Shown here piece by piece: positions 31,780 through 46,788 of a stretch of 64,000 bases of DNA (its first letter is position 1; the number at the start of each line of letters is the position of its first letter). A program made the translations under genes and the position numbers. This DNA comes from the human T2T-CHM13v2.0 reference genome, Homo sapiens: the NCBI RefSeq assembly GCF_009914755.1, contig NC_060929.1; one strand, written 5' to 3'. A model generated the notes under the pieces. That model made no database searches and was not told where the DNA came from. It saw only the letters and a list, made by a program, of their open reading frames with translations.

Positions 31780-34440
31780 AATTCTGCCCCTTGTCACCCT
31801 GGTACCCATAAGCATCTCCTTTAACCATATTTAATCTCCATAAGGCCATAATTCTACCAAACAGGCTACAACTATCCTGCATACAACTAAAAGCACACTA
31901 ACACATTCCCCAGAAGTGAAAGTAAAGTTTTTGAGTAATGTTTACTCTTATCCTGATAGCCTATAACTTAAATACTATGATATAAAATAAATACTTAAAT
32001 ACTAATATAAAGTTAATACCTCTTATGTTATATAAGGGAATAAGAAAAAGAAAATGAAGATATATGCTTAATATATGTATATATACATATAAATGCATTC
32101 ATAAGAAAATACTCATGACAATTATAGTCCTTATTTCTATAACTGGTCATATGGTCATAGCTGGTATTTGTAATTACCTTCTTTTACTACTCATTCTGTA
32201 TTCCCTTTTCCCTCAGCAAGCACCTCAGCTGGTCATGATTCTTTACCTGGTGGGGTGACCGAAACCTTCATTCGTGAAGGGTATGGGTTATTAGTGGTCC
32301 TGCCTGGATTGGGTTATTTTGTGCTGACCTTAATTACAGGGCATGGTTAATACTAAGGGATGCCCTAAGGGATCTCCTTATTCCACACATACTCTTCCTT
32401 ACCTTCATTGTGGAGTAGTAACCCAATTTCCCCTTGGTAGTCAGGATCAGTCACCCCAGTCAACACTGTAATGCCCTTCTTGGATGATTGAATCAGATGC
32501 ATAAGGAGCTCAAAGTGGCTAGGTCTTAACTTCCAGTTCAACGGAATCACTGTTGTGTCTCCTGATAGAAGCATTCCTCCTTCTGAAACTAAGACCTCTA
32601 GCTAGCAGCACATAAATTTGCAGGAACAGGAAGCAAACTTTGCTAGTGGGTCACTGGGGGTAATTATGAGTGGTAACAGTCCCATTTCTATCCAATGATT
32701 CTTGGACCCATGAATTCTGGTTATGGGAGAAATAGCACCACATATTGGATGCTGATTCAGAGCATATATGGCCTTTATGGCCTTCTGGAGAACCTTGCCC
32801 CAGCCCTGCAAGGTCTTGCCTCCTAGCTGAGTAACTGAGTCTTCAAAAGGCCATTCTACCAATTTATCAAGCCAGCTGATTCAGGATGTTAGGGAATATG
32901 GTAAGACTAGGGACTTCCATGGGCATGAGCCCAGTGCAGCTCTTCTTTGCCAGTAAGGTGAGTTCCTGGTTAGAGGCAATGCTGTATGGAATACCATAGT
33001 TTTGGCAGAAAAACTGCAGGGAAGGCACATCTGTTTCCAGAGAAAGTGCCTTTTCCACTAAGGACAAAATGCTACCCTTTCCACCATGGAAGTGGTCCAA
33101 TGTAATCAACCAGCCATCAGGTAGCTGGCTGATCCCCCCAAAATGGTGTTATATGGGGGTTCAGTGTTGGTTTATGCTGCTGGTGGATTGCGCACTTAGC
33201 AATAGTCATAGCCAGGTCAGCCTTGGTGAGTGGAAGTCCATGTTTCTAAGCACATCCTGCCACCTCCATCCCTGCCACCATGGCCACTTTGTTCTTAGCA
33301 TGTTGGGTGATGACAGGGGTGGCTAGGGAACGAAGTTGACTAGTATCTACAGAATGGGTCATCCTATTCACTTGGTTATTAAAATCCTCCTCTGCCAAGG
33401 TCACACTTTGGTGAGCATTCCTTTTTTGTCCATTCAGAGAGATCATTCACATATCTCTTCCCCAAATTTCTTTCTCACCAGTTTTCCAATCATATTCCTT
33501 CTAAGTCCCTGACTATCCAGACAAATCATTGGCTACGGCCCATGAACTGGTATATAATTGCACATATGGCCATTCCCTCTTCCAAGCAAAGTGAACAACG
33601 AGTCACCTTGCCTAAAGTTCTTCCCACTGGAAAGACTCCCCTTCACCACCATCCTTCAGAGATGTCCCAGAGAGGGGCAGTAGTGCTGCAGCTGTATACT
33701 TCCGGTGGTACCTGCGTATCACGCAGAACCATCCGTAAACCAGGCCCTCTGTCAACTACTTGCAGGGAACTTTCCATGCAACCACATGTGTAGGCTGGGA
33801 GAAAGAAGGCAGTGTAATTAATAGGAGTGGCATTAGGGCCACTTCTTTATGTAATTTGTGCCTTTAGTGTCTGCTCGGACCTGATAGATCGTGTATTACA
33901 CTACTTTTATTTGATGATGAAATGTCGTACATGCCCAACATATGGCTTGGCGCGTTAGATAATACCCTATTAATGATGGGCAGACAGCTTAAACCACATG
34001 GAAACTTGGTGGCCCATAGTCAGTCAGTATCTCCTAAGGCCCAGCAGCAGGCCTATATCTTTCTTTCAAAAGGAGAGTAGTTAGTTATCTTTCTTTGGAT
34101 GATGGCAGGGTCTTGCTCCAGAGTCTGTGCTGTGATTCACACAGAGGGCTCTGTCAAAGGCTCCAAACAACATTCCTATCTGCCACTGACATTTCAAGCA
34201 CCATTAAATCTGCTGGATCATGTGGCCCATGTGCAGAGCAGCTTGCACAGCAGGCTGGACCTGTTGTAGAGCCCCACTCAAAACTAGCAGTTTTTGTGAC
34301 ACTCTCTTGTTCTGTGCCCCATCTAAACTAGCAGCTTTTCAGATCACTTAGTAAATGGGCCAGAGTAACACACACAAAGAAGGAATACATTGCCTCCCAA
34401 ATCCAACTAAGTCCACTAGGTATTGTGCCTTTTTGTGTCT
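31780..34440 (-). mobile_element. ERV-L internal remnant: decayed RT end, RNase H, integrase and dUTPase
   Basis: dUTPase-like IPLNWKLR..KKGITVLTGVTDPDYQGEIGLLLHN (32365-32574); integrase-like LQGWGKVLQKA..YALNQHPICGAISP; RNaseH-like NAHQ..AEEDFNNQVNRMT. dUTPase after integrase and no env is the ERV-L layout. Confidence 0.9.
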
Positions 34441-34729
34441 TATGATGGAGTCCACATGGCAGATCAGAGCCAATATTAAGACCTGGAGCTGAAACAGTTA
34501 AGACTGGGGCAGACACTATAGATATGTATCCTGTAAGTAAGACTTACACTCACTGTTCTTACAGCTTTACTAGGCTTAGCCTTGAGTTAGAAAATGACAG
34601 CATGCTACACCATGTCTCTAAGTTACAACTGAAATAAACATAAATCTTCAAAAGGACTTCAGAAACAAACATTTCTCCATGAAATGACAGAGGGAAGTGG
34701 TGGTTTTAACTTAATATTCAGTTGTCAAG

Positions 34730-34970
34730 AAAACTGCCTCATTCATCACTCCACTCTCTATGCCCTCACCCTGCATTATTTTCCTCCATAGCACTTAGTA
34801 CCATCACATGCCATAAATTCACTTATTATGCTCCACCTTTTCTAGCAGAATGCCAGCTCTTAAGAGCCAGGGATTTGTCTTGTCTTGTCCACCCATGTGT
34901 CCTAAGTGCCTGAAATAATATTTATTATAACATTTAGTAGGCTTGCAGTACATTTTTGTTGAATAAAATA
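34730..34970 (+). mobile_element. L2 3' end fragment
   Basis: 'agaatgccagctcttaagagccagggatttgtc..agtaggcttgcagtacatttttgttgaataaa'. Confidence 0.7.
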
Positions 34971-35409
34971 ATCTCTGTAGCTATATCTATATAATCACAT
35001 TTGATAAACATGAATTTATCCTTATTTTGAAGGTGTGGGTTTATACAGAAAAATAAAATTCTACATACAATCTACTAGTGTAGCTATGAAAATTTTAATT
35101 TCAAAATAAAAGTAGAGAAATAAAAAAGTGTATACTGACAGCTAGATACATCTTAACCTTAATATAATGAAATGCCTCTGCTCTTGGAAACCAAAAACCG
35201 CATGCTTTGAATGCATCACTAATGTGAATAAATCTTTCTGCCCCAAACTTAGGCATCTTTGCTATTAACAAAAATAATTCATTTGCCAAGTAAAATTTAA
35301 TGCTATATTCTGTACTTTTGATACTTTTTTTCAGAAAATAAAGCTAAGTTAAATATACCCTCCAGCATTTTATATTCAAAAGTTCATGCTGCTATTTACA
35401 TTTTATGGA

Positions 35410-35717
<308 letters not shown>

Positions 35718-36904
35718 TATGGATTTATTTATATGCATCATCCTTTAAAAATATTTACGCAGCTTCCTGCCTGAAATTTCAATTTCTCTAAATCCTGTTC
35801 ACAGTACCCACACTCAAATCATTTATTATAGCTTAACCAACTCTACCAGGTAGAATTGTTCTCTCTGCTTGCAGAACCTCCAGCATGCTTTCAACGAGTG
35901 TAAATACAATTAGTATAAAATCATTTGGCACCTAAAGCTAAAACAACTGAAATAATTAAGAAAAACGAAGAGCACATGTAAGAAGCAGGAGGATTAACTG
36001 CCCTGGGAACCAGCCAAGGGAATCCCCAGCGCCCCCCATGTGCCTTAAGCTCTCAGTGCTTCCGTAGCTTCCTTAAAGTAAGACAAGTAACCAACTATGG
36101 GTTTATAAATTTGATAATCAGAGGTCTTTAGAATTCTTTATTATGAGAAATATGGATTCAGCTGCAGGCTTTGGACAGGATGGCAGCTCCAGCTCTGAGG
36201 CAAGAGCTGAGAATGTGCTGGCTTGACACATGGATGCTCAAGCCATCCATAAAATATAAAAAGTCAAATTTTAAAAAAGGTTTACTGCAAACTAAAAATA
36301 AGCACAAATTTTGATAAAATATTTCACGAAGCTACATATCACAAGTTTACAAGTTATTAGAAGGATTCCTTTACTGCATGCTGGGAAGATAATTCTCTTA
36401 CATGATCCCTAGCCAAACCAAACTAACTAAGGCTGTAATTTTGATAATGCCCTGGGGCCCGGAACAACCCTGGGATACTTTCCTGTACAAAGTGACAATG
36501 CTGATTCATTCCCTCAGGAATAACACAGCCTCATCACACCTCATCGTCAAAAAAACTTTAGCAATCCAAAGCTACTCTGGCAACTGTGAACTTCCCTATG
36601 TCGCTGTGGTCACACAGAAAGGAGATCATTGCAATATTACTAAATAACAAAGAAAGAATTTGCAGCGGCAGGATTAGTTATCCTTCCATCCCAGGCAGGT
36701 CACCAGCAAAATGACTTTAAACAGACATCCTAAGGAGATAAAATTATCTTCTTCAGTTTCCTCCACTATTTCATTGGTTCTCAAACTTTAGAGTATCAGA
36801 TTCATCTGTAGACTGAGGCCTTGTTAGCTTAAATGGCAGACTGCACAGGGACCCTGATGCCAGGGTCCTCCAGGTGCCAGTCAAAGCCCAAGTGCCCTTT
36901 AAAG

Positions 36905-37254
36905 CAGGGGTCCCTGATCCATCCATCGGCTGTGGACCAATATCGGTCCGTGGCCTGTCAGGAGGTGCACAGCAGGAGGTGAGCAGCAGGCAAGCCCGCA
37001 TCAGTACTGCCTGAGCTCTGCCTCCTGTCAGATCAGCAGGGACATTAGATTCTCCTAGGAGCGTGAACCCTACTGTGAACTGCTCATGCAAGGGATCTAG
37101 GTTGTGCGTTCCTTATGAGAATCTAACTAATGCCTGATGATCTGAGATGGAACAGTTTCATCCCAAAACCATTCTCTCCCTGCGCCCCCAGTTTATGGAA
37201 AAATTGTCTTCCATAAAACCTGGTCCCTGGTGCCAAAAACATTGGAGACTGCTG
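36905..37254 (+). mobile_element. MER1B-like hAT-Charlie element
   Basis: Termini 'caggggtccc' and 'ggagactgctg'; 8-bp hAT-type TSD ctttaaag / ctttaagg. Confidence 0.88.
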
Positions 37255-38985
37255 CTTTAAGGGCTCAAAAGAATGAAGAATAGAGCAGGTCCTCATTACC
37301 CTTAAAAAATGTATCAGAGTACTTGGAAGACAGTGACCTTTCTATCAGTTGTTTTAATTTGTCTTCTAAATCTACTCTTAATTCTAAGGGAACATATAAT
37401 ATGCTATATAACAGAATGCAAAGAAAACATACCAGTTTGAATGTTTGGTGTTTAAGATAGATATATATATATATATACCTTTAACACAAAAATTTTATGT
37501 AAAAATACATTTTATGTATTTACTAAAAATTGATAAAATTCAGAATATCTCAAGACATTCATAAGCATCAAAATAAATCAGGCCAGGCTCATGTAAAGTG
37601 CCAGCATGCACTGTATTGCATGACCTCCCTGCTCTTCTTAGAAAGGACATAATGAACCCTCCCCACTGATACCTCCCCACTGATACCATGTAAATGCAGG
37701 GAGCTGCATCCAATGTATATTAATATTTGTATGTATGCTTTGATGAGTTCTAAAAGTACCTCATTATAGGTGCTCATAGGTAGGTAGAACATGAAATGTT
37801 ATCCTGTCTAATCTGGATAAATAAGTTCCTAAACTAAACTTGTAAAAAAATACTTGACTAACCACACATCTCAGGAAATCCCTGACTTTTCCAGTCCTCT
37901 ACATGGATGAGTCATTAGAGTATATTTTGCTATAGGATAGTCCAGAGGCCATTATAAGATATAAAAATAGGTGAATAATCCTAAAGCTCTGAATTAAATC
38001 TCTCAAAGCAAGGTTACCTCTACATTCCTTCTTTAAATCTGGCTACAGCAAAGTACAGGAAATGAATGGTGAATTCATAAATAATTCTATAGCTAGATTG
38101 CTATAGGCACGAGAAGACTATTATTCATAGCCTCAAGCAAAAATGAAAGGTGGATTCTTAAGCATACAACATTTTCAACAACTTTGCATATTTTTTATAT
38201 ATAAAAGTGAATTTATGATTTTATAATCTACCATAATTTATAATCTACCATATGGGAGGGAATTAAGTCATAGTTCACTTAAATCACTTACCAATTAACT
38301 TCAAGTACCAAATAGAATTTCTATAAACCTAAATCTCTTTACCAAGGGATAGCTCAAGCATTACCTAAACATTCCCTACACAGGCTTTCTGTGCGGCAAT
38401 GTCAGAGATGCTCCATATTAAACAGTCTCTACTATTCCTTATATTTCCAAATTCAGTGATGACTTCTTATAAGGTGAGATGTTAACAGTGAGAAAAAACC
38501 AAATGGTTGAAAAAATATTAAGAAGTTCCTGTTACCCTTATTAGAAGATTTTAAAAAGGAAAGAACAGGGGTTGGGCATGGAGGAGGAAGGGAAGCTATG
38601 GCCTCTGAAGAGGATTAAATGATGACCTACATAAAGTGAGGAACACTTACCATTAATTCTCATAACTTTTTTTTTAATTTAAAACTTTAGGGCCAATACA
38701 ACTTTCTAAATCTTTCTGCACACTTTCATTTTTAATTACCCTTGTCTAGTAACACAGCAATATATTACTTTTAAAGAGAACTGGAACACATTTTTCAAAT
38801 ATCACATGCCTCAAGGGATATAATGATAATTTTCAGTTAAATTACATTAACATGAACTATCACTAAAACACATATATATACATCTCAAAAGAACATTATG
38901 GCTCTGGAAGACTCTGAGTTTATAAAGACCCTTAGTCATTCTAAAATGTACAAAGGAAAAATGTGTTCTGAAAAAATAAAGTTTA

Positions 38986-39117
<132 letters not shown>

Positions 39118-39471
39118 TTACTATTCTACAATGATATGAATTAAAAGTATAAACAAATAAGAAATCTCTAGAATTTAAATGGAAAACAAAATGAAGCTTC
39201 AAAATGTGTTACAATGTGTCAAGGGAGAGTCTTAGATACTTGTGAACTTTTAAAGTATAATCTTGGAAGAAAATATTTTATCTAATTTTATTACATCTCA
39301 TGATCAAATGTTTTCCATTCACTGTATTTTTTAAAATATTATTTTAAAACTCTGAAATTATTTTAAAAGAAAATAATAGTTTATTTTCTAAATATTTAAG
39401 ATGTCTAAGAATATTCTGAAAATGTACATAAAATTAGTAAGACATTAGCAATTATTTTCTTTCATCGAAAC

Positions 39472-39715
39472 CAGGGTTTCTCAACTTCAGCACTATTGAC
39501 ATTTTGGGCCCAATAACTCTTTGCGTGGGAGGCTGTCCTGTGCATTGTAGGATTTTTAGCAGAATTCCTGGCCTCTACCAACAAGATGCCAGTATCATGT
39601 ACAACTAAAAATGTGATAGTTGTGACAACCAAAAATGCCTCCAGACATTGCCAAATGTCCCTGGTGGTGGCAGGAGGGAAAGGGGAAGAGAAACCATCTC
39701 CAGTTGAGAATCACT
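39472..39715 (+). mobile_element. MER20 hAT-Charlie element
   Basis: 'cagggtttctcaac..actattgacattttggg..ccagacattgccaaatgtccc..gttgagaatcact'. Confidence 0.88.
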
Positions 39716-40218
39716 CACCCACATGATGAGGTATTAACATAATTTTATAATGAAAACAAACTGAATTATAAAATATATTTCTTAAGAAAATCAAATTGCT
39801 TTAGTAAACAACTAATGAAATAACTTCTTAGGATTTAGAAAAATTAAAGTATGTCCTTCTAATATATTCTATGAAAAAATATCAATATATTGCTTATGTT
39901 TTATAAAACGTTCTTTGGCCTATAAATAAAAGCCGTCAGACTAGATTTCAAGAAAACAAATGAACAAAAAGTGAGTAAGCCAGATGTGCTTTATGAAATG
40001 TTCAGTGGATCATTTCAAAGAAGCAATATCATAAACAGATCAATCACTAAATCTGTGACCAACTTTCATAAGCAAAATCCATCAAAGACTTGATTGTCTA
40101 TTAACTATAGCATTTTCCCCCATAAGTCAATAAGTTATACTTCCAATGAATCCAATTATCTTCTCCATTGAAAACCCTTCAGATAAAAGTTTAATAGACC
40201 TTTATGAGTGGCAAGTTA

Positions 40219-40428
<210 letters not shown>

Positions 40429-41241
40429 TCATCTTAACATTTTTGTCTTTATGTGAAAAATTTCTCCATAGAGTATGTTTAAAAAAAAAAAATCACACAC
40501 CAGTGTTGCCAGTGGATAACCTGGAAATGGCAACTGCACTCTCACATGTCTAGTGAGGAAAATGGGAACCTCTGAGAAGATCCAGGGACTCTGGGACAAA
40601 ACCAGAGTTGGGTTGTCCTGCTGGAACCCAAGAATACTACGCCCTAGCTGTATGGTGTCAGGAATGAGGTGCCAACTCTAAAAGTTTCTATGTCCCATTA
40701 TCATGGAGGCAGCTCCAGTCAAGCACTATTAACTCAACCCCTGCATCACACCAACTAAAAATCAACGTCCTCTCTAGGGCTGAAGTTTCCCATTTCGGTC
40801 CCGAGATATCTACAGCAGCCTCAACTTCTCATTTAAATCCCACCCTAAGCTGGAGCAAAGGGTCAATAAGAGAGAGAAATGGATATGAAGAAAGAAGCAG
40901 GACACAAGAAAATGACTGAAAAAACTATATTCTAAGGTTAGTAGACAGCAGGGGCTTTATTCATTTTTTTTAAGTTAGTACTCCATTCTCTATGCAGTCA
41001 GGTTCAGATGACTAAGATGATGTCTAAATTATTATTTTAATAAATTGCTTCAATTTGGCTATATCACATCTTTTTCTTAAATGCAAAAAAAATAACAAAA
41101 TTGATGTTATTTGTGGTTTATCCACACTCCACCTTTCTGTATCTTTACTTGTCCCTTGGCAAAGGAGCAAATAAGGATAAAAGTATAAAAATAAGCAAAA
41201 GGTGGGGAATATTAAAAAAGACAAAATGTATGCATAAGCTA

Positions 41242-41430
<189 letters not shown>

Positions 41431-41493
41431 TTAGAAAGTGGAGTAAAATATGACTCAATGAACACAATCATTTAAAAATTACAGACCTTAGGT

Positions 41494-41818
<325 letters not shown>

Positions 41819-42321
41819 TCAGTGTAAAGATTGTTAGATTGTTTTAAACAATGATTCATTTTAAATGTTAACAGACACACCATGTAAGCATAGGCAAACT
41901 TTAGGCACATTTACTTAAATGTACTGAAAATTGAACAGTATGGCTTAACCTTGTGACTTTGACATTACAACACATTTATGTACTTTTTAAGTATCAATCA
42001 CAAAGCACTTCTTTAATGGATAAAATCTATTCACAAAACCTTAACTGTTTTCCTAAAACCCAGAAGACATGACAGATTTCTAACTCTTTAAGGCCAAACA
42101 ATGAAATGAAGATGCAAATAATCACCCCCCAAACCCCTAAAACATACCAAACCACCTGTCTAAGGCACTTTAAAAGGAGCTTTATAAAATGCCTTCCCAT
42201 CTTCAAAAAAAGAAAAAAAAAACCCAATTAATAAACTTTTCTATCCATTTAAAAGACTAGAAGTGAAAATTCATGAAAGGGCATCATTTAATATTTATGA
42301 TCCTGATCTTTGAAATCATCA

Positions 42322-42507
<186 letters not shown>

Positions 42508-43864
42508 TTAGAAAATGTTCTATATTTATTATTAATTCTATCTGTTTTATATCATATGCATAATTGGAAGGATTATAATTGATCATTATATATTCCAGGA
42601 AATGTTTCCAACTAAAAAGTTTCCTTTTAGAGAGTTCAGTATTTACATTTGAATTGGACTTAATTTGATATCTTCAAACACAAAATTAAGCAAATAAGTT
42701 CCATTACAAAATAATAATATCAAATGTATTCCATGGTTACCTCTTTGATACAATGTCCTAATAAAAAATGCTGCAAGACTTAGCATGACAGCAGACTCAG
42801 AATACACAACAGGTGGTTATTTCCACTGTTCAATTCCATTCCTTTGTGAAACTGACTTAATGAACTGAATATTGTTCTTGCCAACTAAGGACTACAGTTT
42901 CAATACATACTTTGAAATGGTAGAAACTTTATAAGCAAATGTCATGAAAACAGCAGTATATAAAACTAACAGCTAACTGAAATGGGTAACACTGTGGGAG
43001 CTGAAACAGCAGGTTTTGGATGACTTAGATTAATTCTGCTACTTTTTATTTCTGTATGATAGTGAGATAAGGGTTAAATCCCCAGGTTTTATGGGAGCAT
43101 AGAGAATCATAAATATTACCTGATAAGTGAATACGTACATAAGCTAATTGTGTTCTATAGTAAAAGACCTAAGATATCTTCTTACTTTCATCCACGATTT
43201 CAAGGCAGTGATGAGCAACTCTAACTCATCCTTATATATAGAACATATTCTAAGTGTTTAATAAATGTTAACTATATATAACAGCAATTTTGTTTTGAAA
43301 GTAAGTCCAGGATACATTCAAATTACTGACCTTTATTTACTGCATTTTCTTTCTGTGGATGAGGTACAAGAGTTGTCCCAGGACACCAAACTCAGCTATT
43401 ATTAGCAAACTTTTATTTAGCATTTGTATTTTATCTGCCCACCAGTTTACTAGGCTTGATGTACACAAGACGGTAAATTCATCGAGGGCAGGAATCATTT
43501 CTAATTTATCATTAAACACCTATTGCCCAACAATGGCTGGCATTTAATAAGAATTTGTTGAAGATATGAATAGACCTCTCTATAAAATATATTTTACAGT
43601 TTGGTACTATGAAAAAATGGCAATATATAATCTTAATTCAAGAATTCCTAAAGTCCTAAATAAAACTAAGAAAATGTACCTTGTCACCTGCAACTCTAAA
43701 ACTCAGAGGCGTATAGTGTCGAATTATTAATATGACGAATGAAAACAAATAGAACTTCTAACACTTGTTTGGTTTCCAAAATGAGTTGGCACCCCAATCC
43801 TCCTACAAAAACAAACAAGCAAACAACTGAAGAAAAAAATTTAATTGCATGTTGTTATTCTCAC

Positions 43865-43958
43865 CTAAGAATGTGTTTGATATAAACTCTGACACTTGAT
43901 TTCCAGACCGACTCATTTCAGAGAGATGGGTGAGCTCCCGATTAAGCATCCTTTTAAA
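43865..43958 (-). CDS. PDE4D: PDE4D coding exon (94 nt), UCR2 C-terminal half
   Basis: [31 protein letters not shown](D); acceptor TTTCAG, donor GTGAGA. Confidence 0.99.
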
Positions 43959-44082
43959 CTGAAAAACAGAAAAGTAAAATGAAATAATAGAAGAGGAAAG
44001 TTTAAGTGAAATATATATGCATACTCTGAGATACAGGAAGATATGCCCAAAGAATTTTTAAGTTGTCCTGACAATTTAGAAC

Positions 44083-44290
44083 AGTGCCTTCCAGCAGAAC
44101 TTTCTTCAATGAGGGGAAAACACCATAATCGGTGCTGCCAATTATAGCAGTCACTAGCCACAGGTGGTTACTAAGCATTTGACATGTGGCTAGTGCAAAT
44201 GAGAAACCAAATTTTGAATTTTATTTAATTTTAACTACTTTTAATTTAAATAATCACATGTGGCTCATGGCCACCAGACTGACCAGCACA
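44083..44290. mobile_element. MER3-like hAT MITE
   Basis: 'ccagcagaactttct..gtcactagccac..catgtggctagtgc' internal palindromic structure. Confidence 0.8.
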
Positions 44291-45362
44291 AATTTAGACT
44301 CCCAAGGGCTGAAGGGAAAATCAGGAGAAATAAGCAAAGAAAAGGGAATTAAAAATTAAGATGTATTATTAGTTATTTAGAGAAGAGAGAAACTAATTTA
44401 TAGCACATAAAAGTGTTGCCATACAATAAAACATGGAATGCTTTCTTCAATTAATTTATCATTAGCAGAAATGAATATATATACTGATCAAGGGCTCAAA
44501 ATTTAGTCTTTTACTCCAAAGCAAAACTTAATAGACTTGAGTACTCTTCCAGGACTATGGAGAAGTAAAATATTTAAATAAATACTGTATAATGTTTCCT
44601 TTTAAAAGTTGTTTTTCAAGTAAGAGTATAACACTTATTGTTTCTCAACATCCACAAAATTTACCATTTTCCCAAGTCACTAAATAGGAAACAGGTCAAT
44701 TTTCAACAATCTACTTCACAGTTTTTATTACTGATGCCATAGTGCCTATTTCATTGAAAGAAACACTGGAATTAACCTACCAACACCACATGGCATTACC
44801 AGTATCCAAATCTCCCAAAGATTTTACACTTCTCCCACCCCCATCAGCTGTTTCTTAAGCATTAAGCATTTCAGAGTCCTTTGACTCTGAAAACAACCCG
44901 ACGAGGCCTTTTAATAAGCCTTTAATATTTGCCTTAATATACAGAAACAATGTATTTTTTCTACACATAGAGTAACTGCTATTAGATACTTGACAAAAAA
45001 AAGTCAGATGCATTTACTCTAATCATCAGATTAGCCTTTAAAATTTGAAATTTCACCATAAATTCTCATTTAAGTATGAAGGTAAGTGTTGAATGTATAT
45101 TTTAGTGATGTTTGAAATATAATTCTTAGTATTTAATTATTTAGAATTATTTTGCTTCTCTGCATAATTCATACCAAGATGGCCTAACTCTATACCGTTT
45201 GCTAAATAACTTCCAAAGTCAATCTTATAGACCATCTAGATTAAGTTTTAACTCCGCATTTAACTGTTATCAAAACAAACAAAAAACCCTCAACCATTTC
45301 AATGGACTGTTGGATGAGAGAAATGTGTATTCGCATGCCAGCGTAGTCAAAAACAAAGAACT

Positions 45363-45553
45363 CGTCATTTACATTGGGTGTATCTCCTAATGCTTTCCCT
45401 CCCCCCTCCCCCCACCCCACAACAGGCCCCAATGTGTGATGTTCCCCTTCCTGTGCCCAAGTGTTCTCATTGTTCAATTCCCACATGTACCCTAGAACTT
45501 AAAGTATAATAAAAATAAAATAAATGCTGGGGAAAAAACAAACAAACAAACAA
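45363..45553 (+). mobile_element. Short L1PA 3' fragment with 5' inversion
   Basis: Inverted 3'UTR segment 45363-45484, direct terminal segment 45485-45524, 14-bp TSD aaaaacaaagaact (45349-45362 / 45554-45567). Confidence 0.9.
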
Positions 45554-46363
45554 AAAAACAAAGAACTGGCATGACCAGTACAAATTCTGGTTGTTAAATT
45601 ACTGGTCTAGAAAGCTTAGTCTCAAACTCAGGAACACTAAATTCACTTCTTTGTTCATATGTTTTTATAACTCCTTTCTAATTATAAAATGTACATGTGC
45701 TATAGAAAATGTAGAAAGCTATACCAAAAAAAAGAAAATAATGTAAATCCCCACTGCTGGAAGATAACCACAGATAATTTGTTAAATTTCCTTTTATGCC
45801 TTTTTTCTACCCTTGTATGTGAATACATATTTTTAAAACTGGCATCAGGTGGTATACAGAACATAGGTTACTGCTTGTGTTCACTCAGCATTATATCTTA
45901 TAACCTACTGAAAAAAATAAACTTTGGGCCTTCTAAGAATATTTGTAGACATTTATAATAGAGTTCAAAATTTTTTCTGTCCCTCTTTACAAAGTTATAT
46001 TTTCTTGAGTAAATTATGGGCTATCATATAATTTAATGAGCTAATATAGAAGTGTCTTCTATTTAGCCTGGCACATAGTAGATGCTCAATATTATTTGAG
46101 TTCTTTCTCCCAGCTCACTTTCTGGCATTTGGTCCATAACTTTTGGGCCTTTTAAAGTAATAGCTGATTTTTATCATTGCAGGTCAGACAGATGAAGGAT
46201 TTGACTGTAGTTATAACCATAAAAATAGTTACTTAAATAGCTAGCTCCTCTTTCTCAAATCCCATAAAGAATTTGGAATAGCATTAGTATGGGAAACCAT
46301 AGCTATGTCTCAAAAGCACAGCTAAAATGTCATGCATACACAGGTTTAAAAAACTCTTTGCTT

Positions 46364-46788
46364 AAGACTTGGAGCCAACCCAAATGTCCATCAGTGATAG
46401 ACTGGATTAAGAAAATGTGGCACATATATACCATGGAATACTACGTAGCCATAAAAAGGGATGAGTTCACGTCCTTTGCAGGGACATGGATGAAGCTGGA
46501 AACCATCATTCTCAGCAAACTAACACAGCAACAGAAAACCAAACACCACATGTTCTCACTCATAAGTGGGAGTTGAACAATGAGAACACATGGACACAGG
46601 GAGGGGAACATCACACACCAGGGCCTATCAGCGGGTAGGGAGGGGAAGGACAGCATTAGGCAAAATACCTAATGTAGATGACAGGTTGATGGGTGCAGCA
46701 AACGACCATGGCATGTATATACCTATGTAACAAACCTGCACGTTCTGCACATGTATACCAGAACTTAAAGTATAATAATTAAAAAAAA
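46364..46788 (+). mobile_element. 5'-truncated L1PA7/8-like 3' end
   Basis: WSQPKCPSVIDWIKKMWHIYTMEYY..WMKLETIILSKL ORF2 end, 3'UTR, 'aacttaaagtataat' and A tail; tttgctt on both flanks. Confidence 0.92.

Noticed and set aside
32365-32574. Domesticated retroviral dUTPase
   Set aside because: Only 69 codons with degraded or missing motifs, inside a decayed ERV-L.
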